From assembly GCF_009914755.1 (NCBI RefSeq), contig NC_060933.1: a stretch of DNA of 64,000 nt; one strand, 5' to 3'. A program made the position numbers and the translations under genes. Below, piece by piece: positions 1-15,930 of the stretch (position 1 is its first letter; every line of letters starts with the position of its first letter). The notes beneath the pieces are model-generated. The model was not told the DNA's origin. It did not search any database and saw only the letters and a list, made by a program, of their open reading frames with translations. Source of the DNA: the human T2T-CHM13v2.0 reference genome, Homo sapiens.

Positions 1-389
1 GTTGGAACAGACAATGAGATGGGCAGTTACAGAGAATATGAGAGAGAGCTGTGATTGGGGGTAGTAGTGAATTCCATGCTGGCATAAAGGAAGGGCACCT
101 GCTGAGCTTCGTGGACACCTGGTAAGCACGCTGGAGTGGGGAATAGCTGAACTGATTTTTAAAGAACAAGATGTCACTGTTGAGGGTGAAAAGGCAAGAG
201 AAGATTATCCCAGACAGAGGGGACTGCGTGATTAGAATAAGATGGAGCAGAATGCCTGGCACACTGTAGGTCTTCAAAATAATTTCTGTCGAATAAAGGA
301 AGGAAAGAAGGAAGGAGAAAAAGAGGGGGGGATAGAAGAAGGGAGGGATTCATCTCATTGAAAGTTTGAGGGGCAGAGAGTTGAGATGA

Positions 390-610
390 CACTGGCTAAG
401 TGATTTGAACTTTATTATAATGACAAGGAGAAACCATCAGAAGGTTTCAACAAAAAAGTGATGTTTTCAGACGTGTGTGGTAGAAAGGTCACTTTTGGAA
501 GTTGGGATGAAGAGGACAAGAGTGGGGTGAAGGAGACCAGTTAGGAGGCTGTTACAATAATTCAGGTGAAAATGACACCAACTTGTCTAAGGCAGGGGCA
601 GCGGGGGTGG
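390..610 (-). mobile_element. L2 LINE fragment
   Basis: L2-like ggagaccagttaggaggctgttacaataattcagg. Confidence 0.55.
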
Positions 611-1139
611 AGGGAGAGAGCATCTCCTTTAATACAGGATGTAGTCACAGACCACACCTACCTACCTGCCTCATGTGGTCCAGCCCCATCACCATGACAA
701 CAGCCTCTTTAACATCCCTGGCCATAAAGAGATAACAACTCTTACATCTGTTCCTGGAGGTCCTGCCTCTATATTTTTTTCCTTTCTTTTTCTTCTTTTT
801 TCCCCTTTGATTGTATCTGATCCAGCCTTACTGGGTAATTGAGTGTTTGAGAGTGAAAAATTATCTCAGCAGCTTGGCCCTTATCTTGACAGTGAAGCAG
901 CACTTTTAATTTAATTTTGTTCAGAGACGCATGGGTAACAAATTTCACTAATCGCCCGGCTGTTGCCCTCTGCATGGTAACGAGCCGTTTGTTACCAGGC
1001 AGCCCAGCATAAATACATGTGGGAGAGCAGGCAGGGGAGAGAGACAGAGGTTGGGAGGAAACAAGGGACAGACACAATCAATATGAACCAGGCTTGGGCT
1101 CTGCCATCAGGTGGAGAAACAGAGATGGAAGGCCAACTG

Positions 1140-1325
1140 CATTAGCACAGAGAGGAGTTTTGGCGCGAGACTCAATGGAGCTCCTGTCCTTGTTCTGTCT
1201 CCTATCTGGGTGAAGTTCTGAGCAAGTGATTTAAACTTTCCATATTTTAGGGTTCTTATCTGTGAGGTGAGGTGGGGATGTTCACAATCTCTACTTCTCT
1301 GGGTTGTTGTAAGAGTTAAATGAGG

Positions 1326-1335
<10 letters not shown>
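1140..1335 (+). mobile_element. MIR SINE
   Basis: MIR core-like gagcaagtgatttaaacttt...ttcttatctgtga...gggttgttgtaagagttaaatgag. Confidence 0.55.
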
Positions 1336-1730
<395 letters not shown>

Positions 1731-2640
1731 CTAAGGACCTTAAAGGAAAAAAAACCCTGGCCCTTCATCCAATGTTTGGATTTCTTTCAGAACATCCTCC
1801 ACAGGTTATTGTTCAAATTTTGCTTGCATTCATCTAATGATGGGGAACTCACTGTGGAAGCAGACAAGAACTCTGACACTCAGAATTGTCTTGCTTATGC
1901 TGACCTGTAATATGCACCCTTCAAGTCCCAGCCTATGTTAGCACAGCCCTGCCTTCTTGACTTCTGTAAAGAGTCAATGTGCACCCTCCTTCCCAGGTGA
2001 GCTCCTCCCTTAGACTTGTATATAGAAATAATATTGTTTCTCACCACACCCAAGTCTTCTTGTATCCAGCTAAAAATATCCTGTAGAGCATCAGAGCTAG
2101 AATAGCCTTTATAAGTCATGTAACACAACATTCCACTTTATATATTAGGAAACTGAGGTCCAAAAAGAGGAAGAAAATTTTAAAAAATAAGTTGTTATTT
2201 TTTGAGTGCCCATTATGTTTTCTCCCTGTTTCCAGTTTTCCACCATTATTTCGTCAGGCATCTGTCTCTATATTTTTATCCATTGAAGAGCCATCCTTGA
2301 TTTATGGTCTTTTGTATCCCAAAGCCATTACTCCAAAGCACCTCAGCCATGGACATATGACTCACACTGCATTATCTTACTTTGGTTAAAAAATAAAAAC
2401 AAAAATACCATGTTATTAGAAGCACCGAATTGGAGAATCAGGAAAGACATTACAGAATTGTAGTTTATTTAACCAGAGAAGAACCGAGGCCACAGAATTT
2501 AATTGATCTGATATTCTCTATTATTTATTATACCCTCTATAGCTTGAAAATGGCTGGAGGGCAGAGACCACTAGTCTTAACCATCTATGCCTTGGTTCCT
2601 TAAGGCAATGATTCTCAACTATGGCTGTTCCTGGAGAGCT

Positions 2641-3270
<630 letters not shown>

Positions 3271-5349
3271 GAGAGAGTGAGAGAGAGACAGGCAGACCGA
3301 CCGACCAACCAGCATGCCCAGTCTCCACCTAAACCTATTAAATCAAACTCTGGACTGAGGTCCAAAGTTAGGTATTTATTATTTAAACCTAAGTGTGTTT
3401 ACCATGCAGATAGGGTTGGGAACCATGATACAAGGGGAAAGAGCCCTTTACTCACAACATCATGCTTCATGGACAGAGAAAAAGGTCAGGAACCTTCTCA
3501 TGGTCTAGAACCCTTTTCAACTGGATATTTACTTTTGATTTTTCTTTCTCTTTCTTCTTTGTTTTTCACAATTAAGTAAAAGTGAGATATATTCATTCCT
3601 CCAGGGATTCCAAGACCAGATACATGATGGCTTGAATAAATAATAAAAGGGATGAACACTGTTTTTCAAGATTTCAGGTCAATCTAATTGTATCATAGAC
3701 AATTGAGAGCAGCTGCCCTAGTTATAGAAACACAGTCTCCTCCTGTATAAGTTAAAGTAGTCAGATCTAAGGCTACAATTGTTCATCACTTACCATCTTC
3801 TCCAGGACCTGTGCTAAGTTTGTTGCTTTTATTATTTCATTACAATCTTGAAACCACTCATAGAAGAAAGAGCTACAAGAATGGCCATTACACAGCTGAG
3901 AAAATCGTGGGTTGGTTAGAGTGACTTACCAAGGTTCACACCGCGAGGACACATAACTATGTGTGTCTGGCTCCAAAGACCACAAATTAAACACTGCACA
4001 TTAAACTACCTCCAGCAAATCCACCCACCTCAAATCCCTTTCAGGAACAGGCAGAGTATAAATAATAAACAGAAGGGTAAATACATGCATAATATATAAC
4101 ATTGTGATTCACCTACATATTTCTTTTTTAAATGAGTTGATTTGTTTGTCCTTAAAAGTAATTATTGTGGTTTGTAAATTCTGCCCTCCTTCAAAAACTC
4201 ATGCTTCATTCACACTTATCTGGCTGTATAATATTCTCTCAAGTGGATGCATCATCATTTACTTAGCCATCCTCCTATTGTTGGACATTTGGGCTCATTC
4301 TAATTTTTCAGTATTAGAGATTATGCTACAATGACTATGTTTAGGTTTAGCACTTCAAGAAAAATGTACAGTGTCACAGAAAAAATATGGTAATATAATG
4401 CCGAGTGAAAAAAAACAGGAGTGCAAATGTGTGAAGATTATGGTTGCAAGGATAAGAAAGAGTGTGCAGGAAATGGGGATGGGGAAAAAATGAAATGAGC
4501 TCTCGAAGGTTTTCATTTATTTCTATTTTTCTATGTCCCTTTAGTAGAATTATTACATTATTTTACATTGGTTGAAGAAAAGGTAAAAACAATGAGCATA
4601 CCACCACCAATAAGGTTGAAACAGCTCAGGTCCACAGATATCCTTAGAGCAGAGAGATGAGCTTAGGAATCAGTGGTCTTGACTTCCTCCACAGACAGAA
4701 GCCTAGGAAGGAGCTTCCTAAGGGCTGGAGTCATGTCTTGCTAACCCCTGACACCCCAGAGAACCACACTGTTCCTAGAATCTACAATGTGTATTAAATG
4801 AATAAAAGCATAAAATTTCAGAGCTTTAAGAGGCCTCTGATGCAATTTCTTCAAACATCACACCCAAATGTAATGGATAGAGAGCCAAGGGGACTTTCCC
4901 AAAGCTCTCCAGCATTTTAGCTCCTGAACCAGAGTAGAGGCCACTTTTTCTAAAGTCTACTCCAATTAGAAAAGGCATATGGCAAATTTGCCCAATGGGA
5001 GCTGTGGAAGAAAAATCCTTCGCCAGTGAAACACAGAATGGGTTTGACTGAGTGACTTGGGGTACTGCACATTGTTATGCATGCTGAATGCCTTGCATTG
5101 TTAGTTACAAATCTCCCCTGAATCCACTTGTCCTGCAGTCTCTCAGCTGTTCTCATGACAAATGCCCCTGGGCTGTGGCATCTGTTTTCTTCACGTGGAG
5201 CACTAGTTTTATTTGCACCAAAGATGTTGAGGGAAGGACATGTTCTACCCAGAATCCATAAATAAGAAACATACCCTCAGCCCCTTCACTTTCCAGTCTA
5301 CACCCTCTCCTACAACAGTTTCCTACTGTCATGCCTTTATTTACCTCCA

Positions 5350-6003
5350 GGTAGGAGGCAGAATTTTAAAATAGCCTCCAACATTCCCACCCCCTGCACA
5401 CTGTCTGTATACTCCCCTTAATGTGGGTGCCACTGTGACTATGATAGGATATCACTCCATAATTAGATTACATTATATGACAAGGGTGAAAGGATTTTTC
5501 AAATGTACTAAAGGTCTCAAATAAGTTGACAATGAGTTTATCAGAAAGAAGTTCATCTTGGGTAGGCCTGGCTGAATCAAGTGAGCCCTTAAAAGAGAAT
5601 CGGGCCTTGAAGGAGGGGAGTCAAAGTGTGATGATCTCCTGCTGGCCTTGAATAAACATGTTGTGAACCGCCTACAGGGGAGACATGTGGCAAGGGCTTC
5701 AGAGTGGCCTCTAAAATCTGAGAACGGTCCCTGCTGACAGCTGGCAGGAAAACAGGCACATCACTCATACAGCTACAAGGAAATGAATTCTGCCAACAAC
5801 CACATAAGCTTGGAAGAGGATTCTACATGTCAGCTGCAATGGCAGTCCACTGACCCCTTGACTTCAGCCTCTTACATGATCTTGAGTAAAGAACCCAGTT
5901 ATGCCATGACTGGACTTTCACCTACAAAACTGGGAGTTAATAAATGCATGTTATTTGAAGCTGCTATGTTTCTGTCAACTGGTTACTCATAGAAACTAAT
6001 ACA
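5350..6003 (+). mobile_element. MLT1 (MaLR) solo LTR
   Basis: ggcagaatttt...aggaaatgaattctgccaacaacc...agaaactaataca, typical MLT1 segments and terminus. Confidence 0.75.
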
Positions 6004-6009
6004 CGACCA

Positions 6010-7150
<1,141 letters not shown>

Positions 7151-9216
7151 ACTTGGCATTCAAAGCGTTTCTCAATCTGGCTAAATTTATCCTTCCCAGA
7201 CTTTTTCTCACTGTCTTCCTTCACATACCTTATATTTTAATAACGCATGACACTATTTAACCATCACAAAAACCCTGTGAGATAGGATTATCATTTCCAA
7301 TTTTGAGAGGAGGAAATCCAGGCCTGGGAATGTACATTTACTTGCCCAAAATCTCCCAAACTGACAGTCAGGATTAAATAAGGTTATGCATGCAAGCATC
7401 TCACACAGCTGGTGACATACAGAGGGTGCCCATGACCAGTGGCATGGTCTGTTTATCTGGAAAAGAGTTTTTCAGGGGTAAGAGAACACTGGCCGTCTCA
7501 CAGCGTTGGGAAGAAAGGGGATGACAGAGTATTCTTGCTTGGGGCGGGAAGCAAAGAGTCACAGTCTCTCATTCTAAGGAAAGGCGGGTGGGGGAATCCT
7601 GCTGAGCCTAGTTGAAAAACAAGAAAGCAAGAGAGACTGATTATTCCTTCTCGCTAGTGTAAGCAACTAAAATGACATGTTTGCTTTATCGCCTTTGGTC
7701 TCCCATTTGATTCCTGACAGCCATCTCCCTCCCTTCGATGGCGGGCTGTCAGGTGCTGAGCTGGCTGGCATTGCACAGGAAGAGGAGTACAGAGAACAAT
7801 TTAAACAATATTTCAGGGACCATCATGGGCTGGAGGAGGGAGTTTTTATAGTTAGCTGGCTTTCTTTCTGCATTCAAGGAACCCTCATTTGCCAAGACTG
7901 CTTGACGTTTCTGTGGGTTTGGGTAGAAGTAGTCCAGAAGGGATCTTTAAGAAAAAAAAAAAAAAAAGCCAATGTCTATTTTCTTTGAGGTTTGAAGGAA
8001 GGGAGAGAATAGAGACAGATAGGAGCTTTTTAAGCCCATAACAATTTCTGAATACATAATTTTCTCTTCTCTAATGTCTCGTTAAATAGGGCCAAATGCA
8101 GATGTAGATCAAAGCTAGGTTTCTGTATTTTACTGCATTTTACTGTGCTTGCAAGTAAAGGGAATCCAAACTCCCAGTTTCTCTGTCCGTGAGAGAAACT
8201 AGAATCTCTCCAGAAAGCCTGTATAAACTACCAGAACCTTCTGGAGGAAGGAGTCCACTCCCACAAACCACAAACAGCTGAACATTTGAGCAAGAGTTAC
8301 GGTAAGCAAAAATGAGCAAAAACCTACAAAGTTCTCTTAGGGGACAGTTCTGGGGGATTGTGACCATGAACAGTCTTTGGAGCCAACCGAAACCCAATTC
8401 AAGCCACAGCTACGCAACTTATTGGTTCCATTATCTTGAAGAAGCTACTCTGCTTAGTTTCAGTTTTGTTCTTTTAAATAGACACAAGGACAACAATTGA
8501 TTGCTAGGAAGATTAATGAATGTGCAATAGACCTGATACAAAAGTGACACTCAATACATAGTTGCTATAAGTAGTTATTCCCCTTATAATGGTTATCTAA
8601 GTTCCAGGCTTGGGAAATGGGGGGATACACTCCATAGGGGCCCAAAGCCAGGATGGGAATTGGAATGTGTTGTTGGCTGATATATCAAGGAAGCTTGAGA
8701 GTGGTGGTTCTCGATGCTGGCTAATATTAAATGATTAGAATCTGAAAAGGATTTCATACTTATATCCAGACTTTTGGCCAGACAGTCCTATGAAATGGGT
8801 TGATTCTTGGAATTGGCATTTTAAAAAGTGATTCTGAGATTTATTTAGGCTAAAGAACTACCCAGCCCTGACAGCTCTTCTTCCCACACAGCCTAGGACA
8901 CCTGCCTTGATCTAGGTCCTAGAACTCACGATTCTCTCAAGTAGGAAGCACCAGAGTGCCCAGCCTCCTATGCAGGCCCTAAATATTCAGCTTCTCCAGC
9001 TGACCTTGTTGTCTTCTGTTTCTGAAAAGGAATCCTCTTCCTTGGGCCTTGGATGTTGTAGTTTGCTTTGTGCCTGCCCTCCACGCCCCCCACAACCCTT
9101 CATCATCTAGTGCATCATCCTCGGGGAAGATTCTGGATTGCTTAGACTATTTCTAGAAAATGGTCTTTGAATCCTAGCCTGTGGCTAAGTTCTTACTTCT
9201 TACTGACAGTTCTCCC

Positions 9217-9434
9217 CAGTGGTGTGCTGGTAATTGTTTAACAATGGGCTCTCCCAGCAAGAGCAAGCAGCTCTTTTAAAATATTTTAAGTATTTTCCAG
9301 TTTCCATAGTTTGAATCTTTCTCCTATGGCTGATTACAAGCTCCCAATGTGGCATCACTCACAGCAGAGTTGGGAAGAGATGAGTACAATAGGCTCTCGA
9401 TAAACTGGGATGGGCTGGTCCCTGCACAGCACTG
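9217..9434 (-). mobile_element. MER63-type hAT MITE
   Basis: TIRs cagtggtgtgctgg ... cctgcacagcactg; internal gagttgggaagagatg. Confidence 0.7.
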
Positions 9435-10207
9435 GAAGTCATCCTTGTCATACGTTTTCCTACCTGACCAAATACCAGGCCCCCTTTGTTGGTGGTGCCC
9501 TGGGACGGCTGGTCCTACGGATGCTGCCTTTTGTCCTCCATACTGAACTAACTTTTCAGTGCCTGAGCTGGTTCTGACCACGACTATTTCTGGTCCCAGC
9601 CCCTCCCAGGCTACCTTTCCCCAACATCTCAGGGGTTACAGAGCTGATACCAGGAAGTTCTCAGGGATATGATCAGGTTTGCTGTATCAGACACAGACAT
9701 GGGTATCCTCTTCCTGTCTCTTTTTGAGTATATACCTTGTGTCAGGCACTGTTGTATGCACTTTACATGATTTATCTCATTCATCCTTATAATGGCCTGA
9801 CCAGATTTTGAAATCAAATAGCTTAAATACAAATTCAAGCTTCCCTTAACTCATGGCAGCCTCAGGAAAGTGAACCCTCTCAATTCTTAGTTTCTTCATC
9901 TGTAAAATGGAGAGAAGAATAATCCCTTCTCCTGGTATTGTTTAGAATAATATGAAATCATGCATTTAGACAGGACAGAACAGCATAGAGATAATTCAAT
10001 AAAACTAATACAGTTTCTTCTGTTCTTTTCCTCTATCTCCCTTCTTGTTGAACCCATTTCTATTATGGACCCTAGAATGGTTTTATTGTGAACTCAGAGA
10101 GGGTCATATTCTACCTTGCTGGTCTACAGATAGGAAACTGAGGCCCAAAGCCTTGCTCAAAGCCTCTTAACCAAACAAGAGACACCTAGGATTAAAACTC
10201 AAGTCTT

Positions 10208-10581
<374 letters not shown>

Positions 10582-11102
10582 TCACCCAGCGCTTTCTCCC
10601 CTGGCTTTCCACCCTGTCTTCACTTCTCCCGGCTTTCCCTGTACCCATGTCCAGGCCCTGTAATAACCAGATAAACCCACCCCATGAAGGCGCTGATGCA
10701 TTCACCTGTGGGTCCTCTAGCTAACCCTTTTTCTTGAGCCTCTAGTCATGTCTTCAGTGGGAATCCCTGCAGGGTAGGGAGTAGCAGGCTGATCTGCCCC
10801 ATATCTTGGACACCATTTCCTCTCCTTAAAGCCTAGCCCTCTCTCCCATGTTACTCTGGCTACAATGACTTAGAGGCTGATAGAATACTGCTTGATCTGT
10901 CTTCAGTGTTTACTCTGTTCTGAGTAGCAGGTCCTGGGGGCGTTCTCTGCAGGTTGGCAAAGGGCAGCCAGTAGATCTGCCCATGAGCAAGGCTACCTAA
11001 ATTTAGGCAAGAAGCAGAGGATGGTGACGTGAAAAGCTGCATCACAATATCCCCAAGGGGCTAGGCCTACAAAATTCACATTTTCAAGAAAAATGTTTAT
11101 TG

Positions 11103-11438
11103 TTTTTTTCTTTTCCTTTTTCATTTTTTTCTTTTTGTTTGTTTGTTTGTTTGTTTGTTTTTTGAGACAGGGTCTCACTCTGATGCCCAGTCTTTAGTGC
11201 AGAGGTGCAATCATGGCTCACTGCAGCCTTGACCTCCAGAGCTCAAGCAATCCTCCAGCCTCAGCCTCCTGAGTAGCTGAAATTAAAGGCACATGCCACT
11301 ACATCTGGCTAATTTTTTTGTAGAGATGGGGTTTCGCCATGTTGCCCAGGCTGGTCCGGAACTCCCAGGCTTAAGTAATCCACCCACCCTGGCCTCCCAA
11401 AGTACCGAGATTACAGGAGTGAGCCACTGCGCCTGGTC
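11103..11438 (-). mobile_element. AluJ with long T-rich/(TTTG)n tail
   Basis: gagacagggtctcac...ctcaagcaatcctcc...; TSD tattgttttt. Confidence 0.9.
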
Positions 11439-13407
11439 ACTATTGTTTTTCTAGAAGGCAGATTAATTTTCAAGCTGGTACATTAGAAAGAGGACCTGGA
11501 GCCTGTGTGGCTCAGGCACTGATGTGCTGTAACTGGCTAGCAATGAAACAATTGCATGGTGGATGCACTCGGCTAAGCATTTCCTCTGCTTATGTTATCT
11601 CATTTAATCCTCATAACAAGCCCAAAGGAGAACAGAAGGACAACTGCTACACTTATCCTCCTTTACCCAAGAGAAACTGAGGTCAGAGAACAAATGTGTC
11701 TTGCCTTAGGTTCTGCAATGCTAGGAAATGGCAGAGCAAAGATCTGAACCCATGTCTACTGATTCCAGTGCTTATGTACAACCTAGAAGCCCCATTATTT
11801 TCTGGGTATATTACTGGAAATAATTTCAACCTGACAAAGTTGCAAAGATAAGAAGAGTACAAAGAATGCCTATCTATCTTTGGCCTAGCTTCACCTGTTG
11901 TTAACATTTTGCCCCATTTGATTTGTCATTTGAGGAGATGACATTTTTAACCTTGAGGAAAATGTTTCCCTTCTCTGAGCCTTGGTTTTTATGTGCATAA
12001 AATGGAAGACTGAATGGATTACCTTTAGAGTGAAACGGAACCTTGTTGCTTGTTGAGAAGTGATGGATAAAGGATGAGGTAAGCCCTTGGTCAGTGGTCA
12101 AGGCACAGTTGCTGCCTCTTTCTCCAGCCTCATTTTCCATCATTCCTGCACATGAATTTGGGCTCTACTCAGTTCTGGCATCTCTCCTCCACCCCCTTCC
12201 CCAGTGTACCACGTACCATCCGCCCTCACACCTTGGCAGGTACTCTTCCACAGATGCTCAGCTTTCACTTCATCCCATTTTCATTTCCTGGAGTCTCTGA
12301 TCCATTTTGGGACTCATGGCTTATATTTCATAACAGGAGGCTTCAGTTCCCAAAGGCCTCCTCTGCAGATATGACTTGAACTTTTCCTCACCTATCCTTT
12401 TCCTCGAAAACAGGATTAAACTGTGTGTGTTGGAGGTGGGAGGAAAATCATAAAGAAAAGCCATACATCCACATACCTTAGTACGAAGTTTTGCTTATGG
12501 ATTCAGTGGTTCTTATTTACAGAAAATCCCAGCTTAGGAATTGCCAAATTAAAACAAGCAACAAAAACAAAGAAATAAGACAACCAGTAGCATTCATGCT
12601 CTGGTTCTCTCTGCTGGAGAACTAAGCAGCAAAGCTTAGAGGAAAGTACCTGAGATTGGGGATCAGAAAACCTGGATTTCTATAACTGGCTGAGCAACCT
12701 GCAGATGAGAAAAGCGAGGTCCAGAGAGGGAGACAGATGCACCCAAACCCATACAGCACAGAGCTGGGCTGGGAGGTTCATGCTGGGTGCCTGCACTGCT
12801 GAAATGATCCAGCAGCTATAACAGCTCCGTCTCCTGCTCAGCATTGTGCCCAGGGCTGGGCAAACCACCTGCACTTCTCATCTGGACTTTCAGCTGTACA
12901 GAAGCTTATCCTGATTAGCAACGCTTCCCTGTGTGAGTTTGCACACTCCTTGCCTCCGGAGACTGTAACCACTGTGAGGTTCGGTGCTGAGGCTCCATTT
13001 TCTCACTGCCCAGCAGCATGGTTATTAGGGTTGCTTATTCCACACATACAGGCTAAACTACAACGGGGCTCAGTCTTGATGACATATGATGTAAATATCC
13101 TTGTATGACAATAAGAAAGTTGAGGTCCCAAGGGAGCACAGGCTTGCCAAGGTCACTAAGCTAGTTAATGGTGAGGTGTGGACTTGAGCACACATCTCCT
13201 GACTCTGAGTCCAACATTCTTTGCTCTATGGAGTACTATCTCCGATGAATATATGTTAAATTCTTCCCACTAGTAACCTACTACATTAGCTAGTTTATTA
13301 CTTAATTCTGTAAAATGCCATCAGAATTGGCACACTTAAAACAATGATATACTGGAGGGTTATTTACTTGATCAAACATAGAATGCCTTGCATGACAAAT
13401 AGACTCT

Positions 13408-13849
13408 TTTATTTATTTTTTGTGTTTTTTTTTCCCATTCTTTATTATTTTTTTTCATAGGTTATTGGGGTACAGGTGGTATTTGGTTACATGAATAAGT
13501 TCTTTAGTGGTGATTTCTGAGATTTTGGTTCACCCATCACCTGAGCAGTATACACTGTACCCTATTTGTAGTCTTTTATCCCTCGCCCCCCTCCCACCCT
13601 TCCCCCCAAGTCCCCAAAGTCCATTGTATTCTTCTTATGCCTTTGCGTCACCATAGTTTAGCTCCCACATATCAGTGAGAACATATGATGTTTGGTTTTC
13701 CATTCCTGAGATACTTCACTTAAAATAATAGTCTCCAATCTCATCCAGGTTGTGGCAAATGCCGTTAATTCATTCCTTTTTATGGTCAAGTAGTATTCCA
13801 TCATGTATATATACGACAGTTTCTTTATCCATTTATTGATTGATGGGCA
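13408..13849 (-). mobile_element. 5'-truncated L1PB-type LINE-1 3' end
   Basis: ggggtacaggtggtatttggttacatg...cccacatatcagtgagaacat; ORF 13658..13969 carries the L1 ORF2 C-terminal WMRLETIILSE; TSD acaaatagact at 13395 and 13850. Confidence 0.9.
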
Positions 13850-13976
13850 ACAAATAGACTTAGACAGAATGATCATATATGATATGGGGTTAGACTTATT
13901 TTCACAGAGCATGGTGAATTTGTACACATGCTTCCTGGACCAGACATACAGGTGAGGGTAACATATCAATGGTTTA

Positions 13977-14200
13977 AGGCAGGAGTCAGCTAAGTTTCAT
14001 GGGTGAAATCTGAACTAGCACCTGTTTTTAAAAATAATGTTTATTAGAAAATATTTATGTCCATTCATCTATGTGTTGCCTATGGCAGGTTTCACACAGT
14101 CTAACAACAAAGTTGAGTAGGTCCAACAGGGACTGGAAGGCCTGCAAAGCTGAAAATGTTTATTAGTTGGCCACTTACAGAAAAATGTTGCTGGCCCCTT
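13977..14200. mobile_element. MER58A-type hAT MITE
   Basis: caggagtcagc...ggcctgcaaagctgaaaatgttta...cagaaaaatgttgctggcccct. Confidence 0.7.
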
Positions 14201-15174
14201 ATTTAGGAAATCCCACCAGACACGCATATCTTGGTCTCTCCACCTCTTTTTCTCCATCCCTTTGCCTTTTTCTCCTTCCTTCCACTCTCCATATTGATGG
14301 CTACAGTTCTGTGCTTTGGGAAGAAGTTCTACCTGGAAATACCAGACACCCCTCCAAAATAGTCCCATTCTCCTTACAAAGAGCCAAAATCTTAGGAAAG
14401 ACAAAGTACTTCCAAACTATATGTCAAATCTCTTTCATAATGGATCCTATTGCTGAAAATGGGATTTGAGCTGATTTAGTTTGGAGCTCAGAATGTTTTG
14501 AAGGGAAAGAAAATATTAGAAGACAGAACAAATATTTCTTGGGCATCTTTGGGTAAGACCCAGCACCTTCCACTGGGTGCTTACTCTGTGAGGCAGGTGT
14601 CAACAGCTCCATTTTATGCAAAGGGAAGCACCCACAGGTTAAAATCCACCCAGGGCCACATGGAAGGGATGACAAGGTGAGGTCAGGACTCACAGCCAGG
14701 TCTGGCTGAATCTAATGCCAGTCCTATTTCTCTCATGGGATATGCTAAGAGAGAGATCTATGTACAAACACTTGTTAGAGATTTCCTCTCTCCTTCTCCT
14801 CCATGCCCCACTCCCACCACTAGCCCTCAGTGTAACCTTTTCTGCCATGCAGCCTTCTGGCCTGGTTACATCGTTCCCAGATGGCACACAGGACAGTCAC
14901 ACTCAAAGAACCCAGGCAGAGTGTGCTTTTCACCACCAAGGCCCTCTTGCCACTGCTGGGCATGGCCTTCCTGGTGGCCTTGCAGTAGAAAAATAGGGAG
15001 AGGTAAGGCCCCAGCTCTGCTTACCAGGAGCAGGAAAAAGAAGGGAAGAGGAGAGCAGGCCCTTTCCCAGCAGGCAGGCATAAAGCGAGACAAAACAAGA
15101 GGTGGCAGACAGAAAATCAGCCTCCATCCTGAACACCTATAAGCCAAACACTGTGCAGGTGTTTCTTTCAAACA

Positions 15175-15930
15175 TTCACTCATCATTCATTCATTCATTC
15201 AAAATATTCACCCAGTGCCTACTATGAGCCCATCCCCCTGTGCTTGATGTTGAGGACAAAACTGGACACAAATGACAATGTGTCTATGCTCGTGAAGTTT
15301 CCAGTTCAGTGGAGGACACAAATAGTACTCAGGGAGCATATCAGTAAGTGTAAAATTATAGTGGTGACCAAGTCTACAAAGGGGGGTACAGCACAGCATC
15401 TGGTATAGAATGAGACAGGGAAATTAACTCAGGTATGGACAGCTTTGCAGAAAATATGCCATTTAAGTGGAGGTCTCACGTGATGGGGGGGCAGGTGAAT
15501 GAGTCAAACGGCAGGGAAGAGCATTCCAGGAGACAAATGTTGTGAAGGCTGTGGCAGGACAGATGCAGGAGTGCTGGGGAAGAGGCCCCGGGGGAGAGGT
15601 GGAGTGGGGAGGGAAGGAGCGGACAGAGCCCTGGGGAGAGAGTCAGGGCAAGATCACTCAGGATTGCAGGTGTGTAGGGAGTTTCCATTTCATCCTGAAA
15701 ACAAAAGGAAAGCATTGAAAGCTTCTAAGAGGAGAAACAACATGATCCCTACTTACATTTGTAAAGATGATCACTCTGGCTACATGATTGAGAATGGACT
15801 GGAAGACAGCAAGGGAGACTTAGCAAGAGAGGACTTTTAGCAGTTTTAAAGCAAAGGATGCAGGTGGCAGGGACTAGGATGGCAGCAGTAGAGAAGGGGA
15901 GAACTTGTTGGCAGAAGTTGAAGTTATAAA
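15175..15930 (-). mobile_element. L2 LINE 3' region
   Basis: (CATT)n tail then ggaagagcattccagg, gatcactctggct. Confidence 0.75.

Noticed and set aside
13658-13969. ORF with L1 ORF2 C-terminal similarity
   Set aside because: A 440-bp truncated L1 copy, not a gene.
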